DNA from: Planctomycetota bacterium
Lineage (GTDB): Bacteria > Planctomycetota > GCA-002687715 > DRQF01
Direction of reading: 5' to 3'
Assembly (NCBI GenBank): GCA_027001995.1
Contig: JALTLO010000094.1
Span: forward strand, 31,288 to 56,015
DNA: 24,728 bases
Shown here: one piece after another, positions 7,728 through 16,102 of the stretch
Layout: every line of letters begins with the position of its first letter
How positions within the stretch are numbered: position 1 is the stretch's first letter
The notes under the pieces: model-generated
Told to the model about the DNA's origin: nothing
Databases searched by the model: none
Seen by the model: only the letters and a program-made list of their open reading frames with translations
Program-made: the position numbers and the translations under genes

Positions 7728-9292
7728 AGCGGCCAAAGCAAGCCATTGCCATCAATGGTCTTCATGTTTCCGTCGCCGGAAGGTGCCTGCTAAGAGATGC
7801 CTCTTTGGAAGTGAACGAGGGTGAAGTTGTTCTTTTGGTTGGGCTTTCCGGTAGTGGAAAATCGGTCACTCTCAAGCTCCTTTTGGGACTTCTCAACGAT
7901 CGCAGCAAGCCCTTTGAAATCAAAGGGGACATCACTCTCTTCGGCGATGAGCTTCCCGCCGCAGCGGACAACCACGCTGGCATCGTTTTTCAGGACTTCG
8001 GCCTCTTAGATGAATGGACAACACGAGAGAATATCGAATTCGGCTACGACCATCGCAAGAAAAACAAGACTCAAGGGGAGGGCCGTAAGAAAATAGTCGA
8101 TCAACTTCTGGCCGAGCTCAATTTAGACGGATCCTTGCCCATCGCAGCCCTCAGCGGTGGCATGAAGCAACGTTGCGCCATTGCCCGCACCTTGGCTCAC
8201 GATCCAGACATTCTCTTTTACGATGAACCAACTTCTGGCCTTGATCCGGCGATGACCAAGCAGGTCGCCGAACTCATCAAGAGAACCAACGACGACCATA
8301 AGAAGACCTCATTCATCGTCACCCATGATCTGGCAGCGCTTTCCGAAATCGCTGATCGCATCATCCTCTTAGACCCAAAAACCCATTCGTTTCGGCAAGT
8401 CCCCATAGAGGAAGCCAAGACCATCATGGAAGGTTTGGCGCTTTCGCAAAATAGGGACGAGTTCAGAGCGAAGCCTGTCCCCGGAATCCTTCGCCATAGT
8501 AGAAACTTCTTTTCCTCTACAGGTAAGAGCCTGGAATCCACCCTCATTGCTCTTTTTGCGCTGATACCAAGATGGCCTCGAGGCAAATGGGGGCTGCGCT
8601 ATCTCCTCTACTACCTACGACTCAGCACATTCGGGTCTGCCCTGGCCTACGTTGCTATTTGCGGCTTTATCTTAGGTCTCATCATCACTTGGTTCACATT
8701 CAGTTTCTTGCCTTTCAAGACCTACACCGAGCCTCTCCTCATTGACAATGTCATAGGAGCCATTGGTTTTAGCCTGTTTCGAATCATGGTTCCTGGAATG
8801 GTCGCCATGCTGGTGGCTGCCCGAAGCGGTGCAGCTATTGCAGCGGATATCGGCAATCGCGTCTACACCCGCCAAACTGCCGCCATGCAATCTTTGGGGT
8901 TTAGTCCCAATCGTTATTTGCTGACAAACATCCTTTGGGCCCACCTCATCGGTATGCCCGTCCTCATAGCCGTCAACTTCTTCTTTGCAAAAATGGCCAG
9001 TCTCACCGTCTTTGCTGCCATCAAGCCAGAATATTCCACCTACTTCTGGGAGGCAGAGTTTCCCCGGTTCCTAAGCAACAACGGTGAGCTCTACTTAGGC
9101 ACCCATTGGTTAGTCGGAAAGTCCCTGGTCTCGGCCTTCGGTGTGGGAACGATTGCGACGTACCTAGGAATGCGGCCGAAAGCGAGCGGTCGCGACGTCG
9201 CAACTGCCGTAACTCAATCCATTATTTGGAGCACGCTCTTTGTGCTCCTTATCCAAACGATCGCCGCGCTCCTCGAATTTGATCCGATCTAA
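7724..9292 (+). CDS. Fused ABC ATPase (MlaF-like) + MlaE-family permease
   Basis: N-half: Walker A GLSGSGKS, Q-loop IVFQD, signature LSGGMKQR, Walker B/D-loop ILFYDEPTSGLDP, H-loop IVTHD. C-half: several TM helices and the MlaE-like motif ARSGAAIAADIGNRVYTRQTAAMQSLGFSPNRYL, plus GRDVATAVTQSIIWS. Confidence 0.9.
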   Translation: MKRPKQAIAINGLHVSVAGRCLLRDASLEVNEGEVVLLVGLSGSGKSVTLKLLLGLLNDRSKPFEIKGDITLFGDELPAAADNHAGIVFQDFGLLDEWTTRENIEFGYDHRKKNKTQGEGRKKIVDQLLAELNLDGSLPIAALSGGMKQRCAIARTLAHDPDILFYDEPTSGLDPAMTKQVAELIKRTNDDHKKTSFIVTHDLAALSEIADRIILLDPKTHSFRQVPIEEAKTIMEGLALSQNRDEFRAKPVPGILRHSRNFFSSTGKSLESTLIALFALIPRWPRGKWGLRYLLYYLRLSTFGSALAYVAICGFILGLIITWFTFSFLPFKTYTEPLLIDNVIGAIGFSLFRIMVPGMVAMLVAARSGAAIAADIGNRVYTRQTAAMQSLGFSPNRYLLTNILWAHLIGMPVLIAVNFFFAKMASLTVFAAIKPEYSTYFWEAEFPRFLSNNGELYLGTHWLVGKSLVSAFGVGTIATYLGMRPKASGRDVATAVTQSIIWSTLFVLLIQTIAALLEFDPI

Positions 9293-9301
9293 CCTCGGGA
9301 A

Positions 9302-11149
9302 CTAATCGTCCTTGTGGGAAAGGGCATAGCGATAGGATAACTCCAAGCTGAGGGAAAGAATACTCAGCTCAACGGGGTCTATTTTCCCAATGACGCTGCG
9401 ACCCGCTCCCGGCTCTTCTCCCCTGGACCCCGTGAAGTAGGCATCCACGGCACTGTTGAGGTTTCCACGCCAGGCCTGCCAGTAAGAGCCACCGAACTGA
9501 TTGATAGCCCGAGCACCAAAATGAAGGTAGTCCAGATCAGGAGGTCCCAAGGCCGGGTCAATCCCGGGTAAAGCACGGGCCACCTCATTCACTGCGGCGG
9601 TGACCCGAGAGTCATCAGCCATGGTCTTGCCGCAAAAATTCTTCACCACCAAACCCAAAGATGTCAAGGAGCTATCATGACGGCCAATAAACTCGTTTGC
9701 CACACCCTTCACTGTGGTCAAGCGCTTCCCCTCTGAGACAAGAGGAATGTGCCCGGTTTTCTCATCCATGATCGAATCAACCCAAGAGTTCGCCCGCGTC
9801 TTGATGTCTTCCGGTAAGTCCAAGTCACAATCATCTGCAGATTGTAGAACCAGACAAACCCAAGCAGTTACCACCAGATCGGATTTTGATTGCGGCCCAG
9901 ACCGCCCCCACACACCTTCTTTGTTGCGGCACCGCAGAAGAAACTTCAGGGCCTTAGACGCTGCTTCATTATGCTCATCATCATCAGTCTGCCCTCCCAA
10001 TTCGATGAGTGCGAATGTTCCCAAAACGTGGTCTAATGAGAAACCAGAAACGTCCTGAGCCAGACTGCCGTTCCTTTGCTGTTTCGACAAAAGATACCGA
10101 ACCCCCGCAGCCACAGCCTCTTTGTACTTTCCTTCTTCCGGAGTGTGAAACTCTCCCAAAAAACTCAAAAGGGCCAATGATGTTGCGCCCAAGTTAGAGA
10201 TATCTCCGTCAAGTTTCGTTGTCCAACTTCCATGATCTCCTTGGGTAGATGCCAAGACTGCAAGGGTGCGTTCAATCGAACGTGGTACCCACCTTGGACC
10301 AACAGAAACCCGGGAAAATACCCGACCCATGGATGGCGTGGCGTTGGTAATGACTGTCGGTAAAGCTCCCGCCTTTTCGGCCACTTCATAGGCCTTCATG
10401 ACGTGGCCACAGAAGACATTCAGGTCAGGGGCAAAAGCCAAAGTCGCTGCGCCATCTTTGTCCATCTTGGCGACCAGTGTTTCCTCCAAGAGAACATATT
10501 TCTTCTTGCTCGATTTCTCGGTGAGATCCGCTTCATTGAGTCGCCAAAGTAGCTGTTCAAACGGCCCTTCGTCAGAAGACTTCCAAGTGAGGCTCACCCA
10601 GGTCTTCTGCTCTTTCTCCTGCTTTTCGACAAACTTTTTCAGGCTCGCCATCAGCTCTTCCCCAAGATCCAGATCGGCTCCGCCTTCAAAAACAAGCTTG
10701 CCGTCCACCAGTCGAAGCTTCAAGTTTGCCTGGGAGGCGGCGAAAATAATGGGGAACCTCTTTGTCGGCTTCCTGGTAGTGGCCCAAGTCGTAGGCTCTA
10801 ATTCAAGGGAAGCTCCCATGAGAGCATGAGACACCTGGATCACACGTTTGAAGGGGACAAAAGGCGAAACCAAGATGGTAAATTCAGCACCCTTCGTCTT
10901 GGACTGCCGTAGTTTCTCGATGAGACCTCGAACAGTCATGCGCTGCCCAGAGAAATAGAGTCCGTCCGCCCGGGCGATTCTCTTGGTATCCCAGCCTTCA
11001 GGAAGGCTGCCATCGGCTTCCAAGACGCAAGGTGGCTCAGTGAGCTCAATGACAAGGGGAGAATTGACCTCCGGGTCCGAGACCTGGGCTCTGAGGCCAA
11101 CATGGGAGCAAAACACCAGGAGAACCAAAATTAAACGAACCCGAACCAT
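9302..11149 (-). CDS. Secreted protein: N-terminal ExbD/TolR-like segments + C-terminal prenyltransferase/squalene-oxidase-repeat alpha/alpha barrel
   Basis: Signal peptide (..VGLRA|Q). QW-like repeats LASTQGDHGSW, YLLSKQQRNGSL, FLLRCRNKEGVW; also ATSLALLSFLG, DLVVTAW and QFGGSYWQAW. The N-half has two segments resembling the ExbD C-terminal motif (TILVSPFVPFKRVIQV; LAFAPDLNVFCGHVMKAYEVAEKAG). Confidence 0.75.
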   Translation of the reverse strand: MVRVRLILVLLVFCSHVGLRAQVSDPEVNSPLVIELTEPPCVLEADGSLPEGWDTKRIARADGLYFSGQRMTVRGLIEKLRQSKTKGAEFTILVSPFVPFKRVIQVSHALMGASLELEPTTWATTRKPTKRFPIIFAASQANLKLRLVDGKLVFEGGADLDLGEELMASLKKFVEKQEKEQKTWVSLTWKSSDEGPFEQLLWRLNEADLTEKSSKKKYVLLEETLVAKMDKDGAATLAFAPDLNVFCGHVMKAYEVAEKAGALPTVITNATPSMGRVFSRVSVGPRWVPRSIERTLAVLASTQGDHGSWTTKLDGDISNLGATSLALLSFLGEFHTPEEGKYKEAVAAGVRYLLSKQQRNGSLAQDVSGFSLDHVLGTFALIELGGQTDDDEHNEAASKALKFLLRCRNKEGVWGRSGPQSKSDLVVTAWVCLVLQSADDCDLDLPEDIKTRANSWVDSIMDEKTGHIPLVSEGKRLTTVKGVANEFIGRHDSSLTSLGLVVKNFCGKTMADDSRVTAAVNEVARALPGIDPALGPPDLDYLHFGARAINQFGGSYWQAWRGNLNSAVDAYFTGSRGEEPGAGRSVIGKIDPVELSILSLSLELSYRYALSHKDD

Positions 11150-11297
11150 CTGTTTGACCCCACCCTATTTCGACCCAAGAGCTCACAATTGCCCGCATCA
11201 CCAATTATTTGGCACGAAAATACCCGTCAAAATGGCCTGAAGCCCACCTCTACGCTATCCTGTGAGCCGAGTAGATAGAGCAACAAAGTGAGTTTCC

Positions 11298-13283
11298 ATG
11301 ACAATAGTTTCACACATTCGACGGTCAACATGGCTGACAGTTTTCGTTTTTCTTTTGGTTTCCGCCTCCAACTCCTTATTCGCCCAGGAAAATGAACCAA
11401 TCGAAGGCGGATCAATCACTTGGAAAGGCAAACAGTACGAGATTCCTGCTGGGGAGATTGAAAGACACTTGGAGATCATCCGAGGCCTAAATCCCAAATT
11501 GGACTCTGCCAGTCAACTCCACGAAGCTTGGTGCCGGGCGATTCGATTGACCTGTGCCCGCGCCGAGGGTATCAAGCTCGACAATGAGAAGTTTGTCACC
11601 TGGATGAGCAAACGCCACAGAGCCCTGCGGGCTCAGCTCGCCCGAGACCCAAATCCCCAAGAAGGCCTTCAACGCTGGTTCATGGGGCTGGGCTTCAAGA
11701 ATCTGGCAGCATATGAAGCTGCTTGCTCAGAAGAATATCTGGGAGAACTATTCGTTTCTCAAGAGTTCCCAGAAATTGATACAGACGCCAGCCTCTTGCG
11801 GGCTCGCTATGATGACATGTTTACCGCCTACGAGGTCGCGGCAGTGGCTTTCGCCCCTGAGACCCTAAATGGCTACCAACCGCTCGACCCCAAGGACGAA
11901 AAAAGCAAAGAACTTTTTCGCTCTTGGTGGAAAAGTCTGCCTGACGCAAAAAAGAAGATCATGGATGACCAAGATCGCCCTGCCATAGAAGCGGAAACTC
12001 TTTACTTTCGCTTTAATGACAAATCCATAGATGAGCTGAAGGAGTTGTTCGAAAAAGAGCGTCCAGAAATCGGTGGCTCTCTCAAAACCCTCACTGCCAA
12101 ATACGAATTGACCAATGACGATCTCTACAAGATCGCCACCCGCTGGCAACAGAAACGCCGGGGCTCCATGAGTCAATGGAATGGTGAAGTCCCTGCCAAC
12201 TCGACAGAGGAGGAAGCCTTCGTATTCATACGACCCCATCTGGAGCGAATCTGGCGTCTCATTCGTTACTTAGGAGACGTTTGGCAAGAGATCAACAATG
12301 CTGAAGGAACTGTCGACTTCAAGGAACTAGCGAAGAAGCGCGGCCTCAACTATCGCTACATCCCTTTAACTCCCACAAGGCTTCTCACCGGTGATCCAGA
12401 GCTCCCAGGGGACCATCCCTTATACATGCGCCGAACCAAACCCGGTCATCTCTACAGCTATACTTCCAGTGGCGACAAACCCGGAAGCCTCTACTACACC
12501 AACGGCGTCGTCGATCAACCTGGGCTCCATGCGGGAGTTTGGCGCTTGATTCAGGCACAAGAAATGCGTGTGCGAGATGCCGACGAAATGATGGCAACCG
12601 TCTGGGATCGCTTCGAGTTGGCCAACCGATGGCGGGTGACTTTTGAACAAGCAAATCTTCTGAGAAATGAGCTCGACCGGCAAGTGAGCAGCTATATCGC
12701 CGAGATCTCCAAGACCAAAAAACTCACCCCAGCAGAACGACAAGTCGCTGAAGCCAGCTTTGCCAAGAAGAACTTCGCTCGCTTCTTCGATCCCCGCTTG
12801 TCTCTCCTCAAGAATGCCAAAGTCATTCCAGACCTCTTTATTCGCCCTTATGAAGGAAAAAAAATCAGCCCGAACTACAAGGGACCTGTTGGCGTGAGAG
12901 CGTCCAACTACCTCAAAATGGGGTGGAATCAAATCGTCGGCGAAATCGGCACGAAACTGGAAGAAGGCCAGATCATCCCATTAGCCTTCTCTCACGAGCG
13001 ACGTATTGGCATTCTAACCCAAGTGAAGAAAATCCACCGCCCCAGTGACCGTCGCTGGAAAATTGACGTGGCTGGCCGCCAGGCGGCAAAACTCTCATTG
13101 GAACAGAACGCCAGGAAAGAGCGTATCGCTCACATTCGCCAAACCTACGGGTTTCCGAACATCGTCCATAAGTTCGCTATGACCTGTAAACAATACGATC
13201 GGATCATGTCCAAATCGTTTCTGGATCGCCAAGGGAAGTCTCTCCAGCTTGGGCCCACCATGAAAAAACCTGATGAGAAATGA
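11298..13283 (+). CDS. Large exported hypothetical protein, weakly PpiD/SurA-like
   Basis: 661-aa ORF with a signal peptide or anchor (WLTVFVFLLVSASNSLFA|QE). Mostly helical and charged. LRARYDDMFTAYEVAAVAF and DFKELAKKRGL recall PpiD-type chaperones. The CDS is well supported; the function is tentative. Confidence 0.7.
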   Translation: MTIVSHIRRSTWLTVFVFLLVSASNSLFAQENEPIEGGSITWKGKQYEIPAGEIERHLEIIRGLNPKLDSASQLHEAWCRAIRLTCARAEGIKLDNEKFVTWMSKRHRALRAQLARDPNPQEGLQRWFMGLGFKNLAAYEAACSEEYLGELFVSQEFPEIDTDASLLRARYDDMFTAYEVAAVAFAPETLNGYQPLDPKDEKSKELFRSWWKSLPDAKKKIMDDQDRPAIEAETLYFRFNDKSIDELKELFEKERPEIGGSLKTLTAKYELTNDDLYKIATRWQQKRRGSMSQWNGEVPANSTEEEAFVFIRPHLERIWRLIRYLGDVWQEINNAEGTVDFKELAKKRGLNYRYIPLTPTRLLTGDPELPGDHPLYMRRTKPGHLYSYTSSGDKPGSLYYTNGVVDQPGLHAGVWRLIQAQEMRVRDADEMMATVWDRFELANRWRVTFEQANLLRNELDRQVSSYIAEISKTKKLTPAERQVAEASFAKKNFARFFDPRLSLLKNAKVIPDLFIRPYEGKKISPNYKGPVGVRASNYLKMGWNQIVGEIGTKLEEGQIIPLAFSHERRIGILTQVKKIHRPSDRRWKIDVAGRQAAKLSLEQNARKERIAHIRQTYGFPNIVHKFAMTCKQYDRIMSKSFLDRQGKSLQLGPTMKKPDEK

Positions 13284-13349
13284 GCTATAAATCGAATAAT
13301 GGAATTTAAGTTGATGTCATTTTGATTCTGGGGATTATCTTAGACTTCT

Positions 13350-15104
13350 ATGCACAAGAAACGACTCAAGAAGATCAAGGGCTTTGTCGTTCTTCTCCTC
13401 ACGCTTATTGCGGTAGGTTGCGGCGACAAACCCAAAAAGCCAGACAATACAAAACCTAAGAAACCAATCGCGGCTCACAAACCCTCCGTCCTGGAAGAAA
13501 CCGACGGGGGCCAAGAGGTCTTCGACCAAGAACCTGTGGTGGAATTAGACGGCACCCTTCCAATTCAAGGCCGGGTGGTCTATCGCGTTGCTCAATCTCC
13601 AGAGACCCTCAACTCAGCCACAGCGAATTCGAACCTGGACAGGAAGCTCTGCCGATTTCATCTCAACTTCAAAATGCTCGAGCGACACCCATTGGAGTTG
13701 GATGCCATTCCCTGGTTGGCAGCCACCATGCCAGAGAAAAGCGCTGACGGTAAGAGCCATATATGGACAATCAAAGAAGAAGCGACATGGGCGGACGGCG
13801 AACCCGTTACCGGGGAGGACGCCGCATTCACTTGGGCTTTCATCAACTCCAAGAATGACAAGATTCGCAACGCCTGCGGCACATTAAGAAGCCTGCTGTC
13901 ACAAGTGTCATCCGTGACTGCGGTGGATAAGAAACGATTCGAAGTCAAGTACAGCACGCCAGTGCATAAGGGCGAGATTTACTTCGGTCTGAATTTCGCT
14001 CCCATCCCCAAACACCTAGTCGAGCAAAACCAAGAGGAAGCGGCGTCCAAGCGCTTCTTGCCAGGTTCTGGTCCCTATGTGGTGAACTCCTGGAAGAATG
14101 GGGTCATTGATTTGGAACGACTGGATACTTGGTGGGGTGACAAGGTTGACACTTTCAAGAACCGCTTCACCATCAAGCACTTCGTCTACAAGATCATCCC
14201 CGACACGGTTCAAACTGTTGAGCAACTGAAATCCGGTGCTGTCGATTTCGCCGCCGTCAACATCGAGGCCTATACATCTTTGATGAAAGATGCCAAGAAA
14301 TTCAACCTTGAGGGCACCCACTATTATTTACCCCTCTGGAGTTTTATTGGATTCAACTGTGCCAACCCAGTCTTGCAGGATAGTCGGGTTCGCAGAGCAT
14401 TGTCTCTCTTGATTCGCCGCAATGGGATCAACAAGAAGTTCTATCAAGGACTCGCGAGACCAGTGGCCGGGCCTTTCTTTGCTTCCAGCATTTTCAACAA
14501 TGCCAGGATCAAGGCCGATCGCTATGATCCCCTGAAAGCCAAGGCGCTCTTAGAAGCTGCTGGTTGGACAGACCGCAATGGGGACGGCATCCTCGACAAC
14601 GCTCAGGGCGAGAAACTCAGCTTTGTCCTGAACCGCACCAATGCTGGGCTGTCATGGTCCAAAGGAATTATCGAGTCCATCACGGATTCTTGGCGTCAAG
14701 CGGGGATCGATGTAACGATCGAAACCCTGGGAGGTCGCGTCCTATACAGCATCTACGACAAAGCTCAACATGAGGCCTACGCTGAAGTATGGGAGATTGA
14801 TGCGATCAACCCCGAGCTTGGAATTCGAGCCATGTTCCATGGCGACCAGTGCGGCAATGGCGGATACAATTGGCAGCAATACCGTGTCCCCAAGCTCAAT
14901 CTTCTCATCGAGAAGTTTGTCGCCACGGAAAACGATGTCGTGAGAATTCGAACAGCCCACAAGATTCACGCCATGATTCGAGAGCACGCCCCTGTCGCTT
15001 TCTTATTCAACAATCCCACTTGCATCGTTTGGAACAAACGACTGAGAGGAGTCAAAGCTTATCCCCTCGGAATTCGTCAATGGGACTTCAAGGTTAGCAA
15101 GTGA
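13350..15104 (+). CDS. ABC transporter substrate-binding lipoprotein, family 5 (OppA/DppA/NikA-like)
   Basis: Lipobox LIAVG|C. PWLA...KSADGK..IWTIKEEATWADGEPVTGEDAAFT family-5 signature; GSGPYVV; FIGFN...LQDSRVRRAL; YDPLKAKALLEAAGW. Confidence 0.93.
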   Translation: MHKKRLKKIKGFVVLLLTLIAVGCGDKPKKPDNTKPKKPIAAHKPSVLEETDGGQEVFDQEPVVELDGTLPIQGRVVYRVAQSPETLNSATANSNLDRKLCRFHLNFKMLERHPLELDAIPWLAATMPEKSADGKSHIWTIKEEATWADGEPVTGEDAAFTWAFINSKNDKIRNACGTLRSLLSQVSSVTAVDKKRFEVKYSTPVHKGEIYFGLNFAPIPKHLVEQNQEEAASKRFLPGSGPYVVNSWKNGVIDLERLDTWWGDKVDTFKNRFTIKHFVYKIIPDTVQTVEQLKSGAVDFAAVNIEAYTSLMKDAKKFNLEGTHYYLPLWSFIGFNCANPVLQDSRVRRALSLLIRRNGINKKFYQGLARPVAGPFFASSIFNNARIKADRYDPLKAKALLEAAGWTDRNGDGILDNAQGEKLSFVLNRTNAGLSWSKGIIESITDSWRQAGIDVTIETLGGRVLYSIYDKAQHEAYAEVWEIDAINPELGIRAMFHGDQCGNGGYNWQQYRVPKLNLLIEKFVATENDVVRIRTAHKIHAMIREHAPVAFLFNNPTCIVWNKRLRGVKAYPLGIRQWDFKVSK

Positions 15105-16102
15105 AAATTCCGTCGACGCCGAAATTCTCGAAACGCCCTCTCAGTGCCCTGGGCATCCTGCTTACCATTCTCTTCATCAACTTCCTATTGATTCAAGCCA
15201 CCGACACCCATCGGTTGCGACAAGAGAATCTGGGATCACGCCAAACGTCGCCGGAAGAAATAGAAGAACGCATCGCTGTTTTTCGCCGGGAATTTGATCT
15301 GGACAAACCCATAGTAACCCGTTTCTTCTCGTGGATGAAGAAGGTCGCTATCCTTGATTTCGGCCACGGAATGATAGATCCAAGGCCGGTTCGAACCATC
15401 GTTGGGGAGGCCTTATCCCAGTCAATCTGGTTACAGATTCCAAGTATCTTGTTGTTCTTTCTCATTGGTATTCCCCTGGGTGTTTTCATGGCAGCAAATG
15501 CAGGGGGTTTCTTCGACCGGATTTTGGGCTCGCTCCTCTTAGGGGCCTACGCCATGCCCACCTTCTGGGTGGCAACGCTTTTGCTCATCTACGGCGCTAC
15601 TTCTTCTGGTTATGACATCTTCCCTTTGGAGGGCCTTTCCAGCCCAAAGATGGAAGGGGCCTCCACCTGGGTGTGGCTCAAAGACCGAGGGGCACACATG
15701 GTCTTACCGGTCTTTGCTCTTTCCTTGCCTGGAGTCACGGTTATCGCCCGTCAGACGAGAAGCGCCATGCTCGAGACTCTGAGCAGCGATTTCATCCTTG
15801 CAGCCAGAGCCTCCGGCATCTCGGAGCGACGGGTCATCTGGGTCCACGCATTGAGGAATTCTCTACTCCCCGCAGCTACGCTTCTGGGTCTTCTGCTCCC
15901 CCAATTGGTCGGGGGCTCCGTTGTTGTGGAGTCGATTTTCAACGTGAAAGGGATCGGACTTTTACTGTGGCAATCGGCAAATGCCCGGGACTTCCCTGTT
16001 CTTCAGGCTCTCATCTTGCTGAGTACGATACTCACCCTCGTTGGTTTTGTGGTCGCAGACTTCATGGCGACACGGTTAAATCCGAAGGTGAGCCGAGCAT
16101 GA
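15101..16102 (+). CDS. Peptide/nickel ABC permease (OppB/DppB-like)
   Basis: GTGA overlap with the upstream stop. LDKPI..RFFSW...LDFG; EAA loop RSAMLETLSSDFILAARASGISERRVIWVHALRN; VVVESIF; RDFPVLQ. Confidence 0.93.
   Translation: MKIPSTPKFSKRPLSALGILLTILFINFLLIQATDTHRLRQENLGSRQTSPEEIEERIAVFRREFDLDKPIVTRFFSWMKKVAILDFGHGMIDPRPVRTIVGEALSQSIWLQIPSILLFFLIGIPLGVFMAANAGGFFDRILGSLLLGAYAMPTFWVATLLLIYGATSSGYDIFPLEGLSSPKMEGASTWVWLKDRGAHMVLPVFALSLPGVTVIARQTRSAMLETLSSDFILAARASGISERRVIWVHALRNSLLPAATLLGLLLPQLVGGSVVVESIFNVKGIGLLLWQSANARDFPVLQALILLSTILTLVGFVVADFMATRLNPKVSRA

Noticed and set aside
9302..11149. Squalene-hopene or oxidosqualene cyclase call
   Set aside because: Only one barrel, no DxDD/DCTAE motif, and a signal peptide is present.
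14561..14600. DRNGDGILD EF-hand/FG-GAP-like motif in the substrate-binding protein
   Set aside because: This loop is common in family-5 SBPs after the LEAAGW motif and does not link it to the FG-GAP genes.
15673..16098. 142-codon N-terminal extension of the OppC-like ORF
   Set aside because: It overlaps the OppB-like gene out of frame; the ATGA coupling at 16099 gives the natural start.
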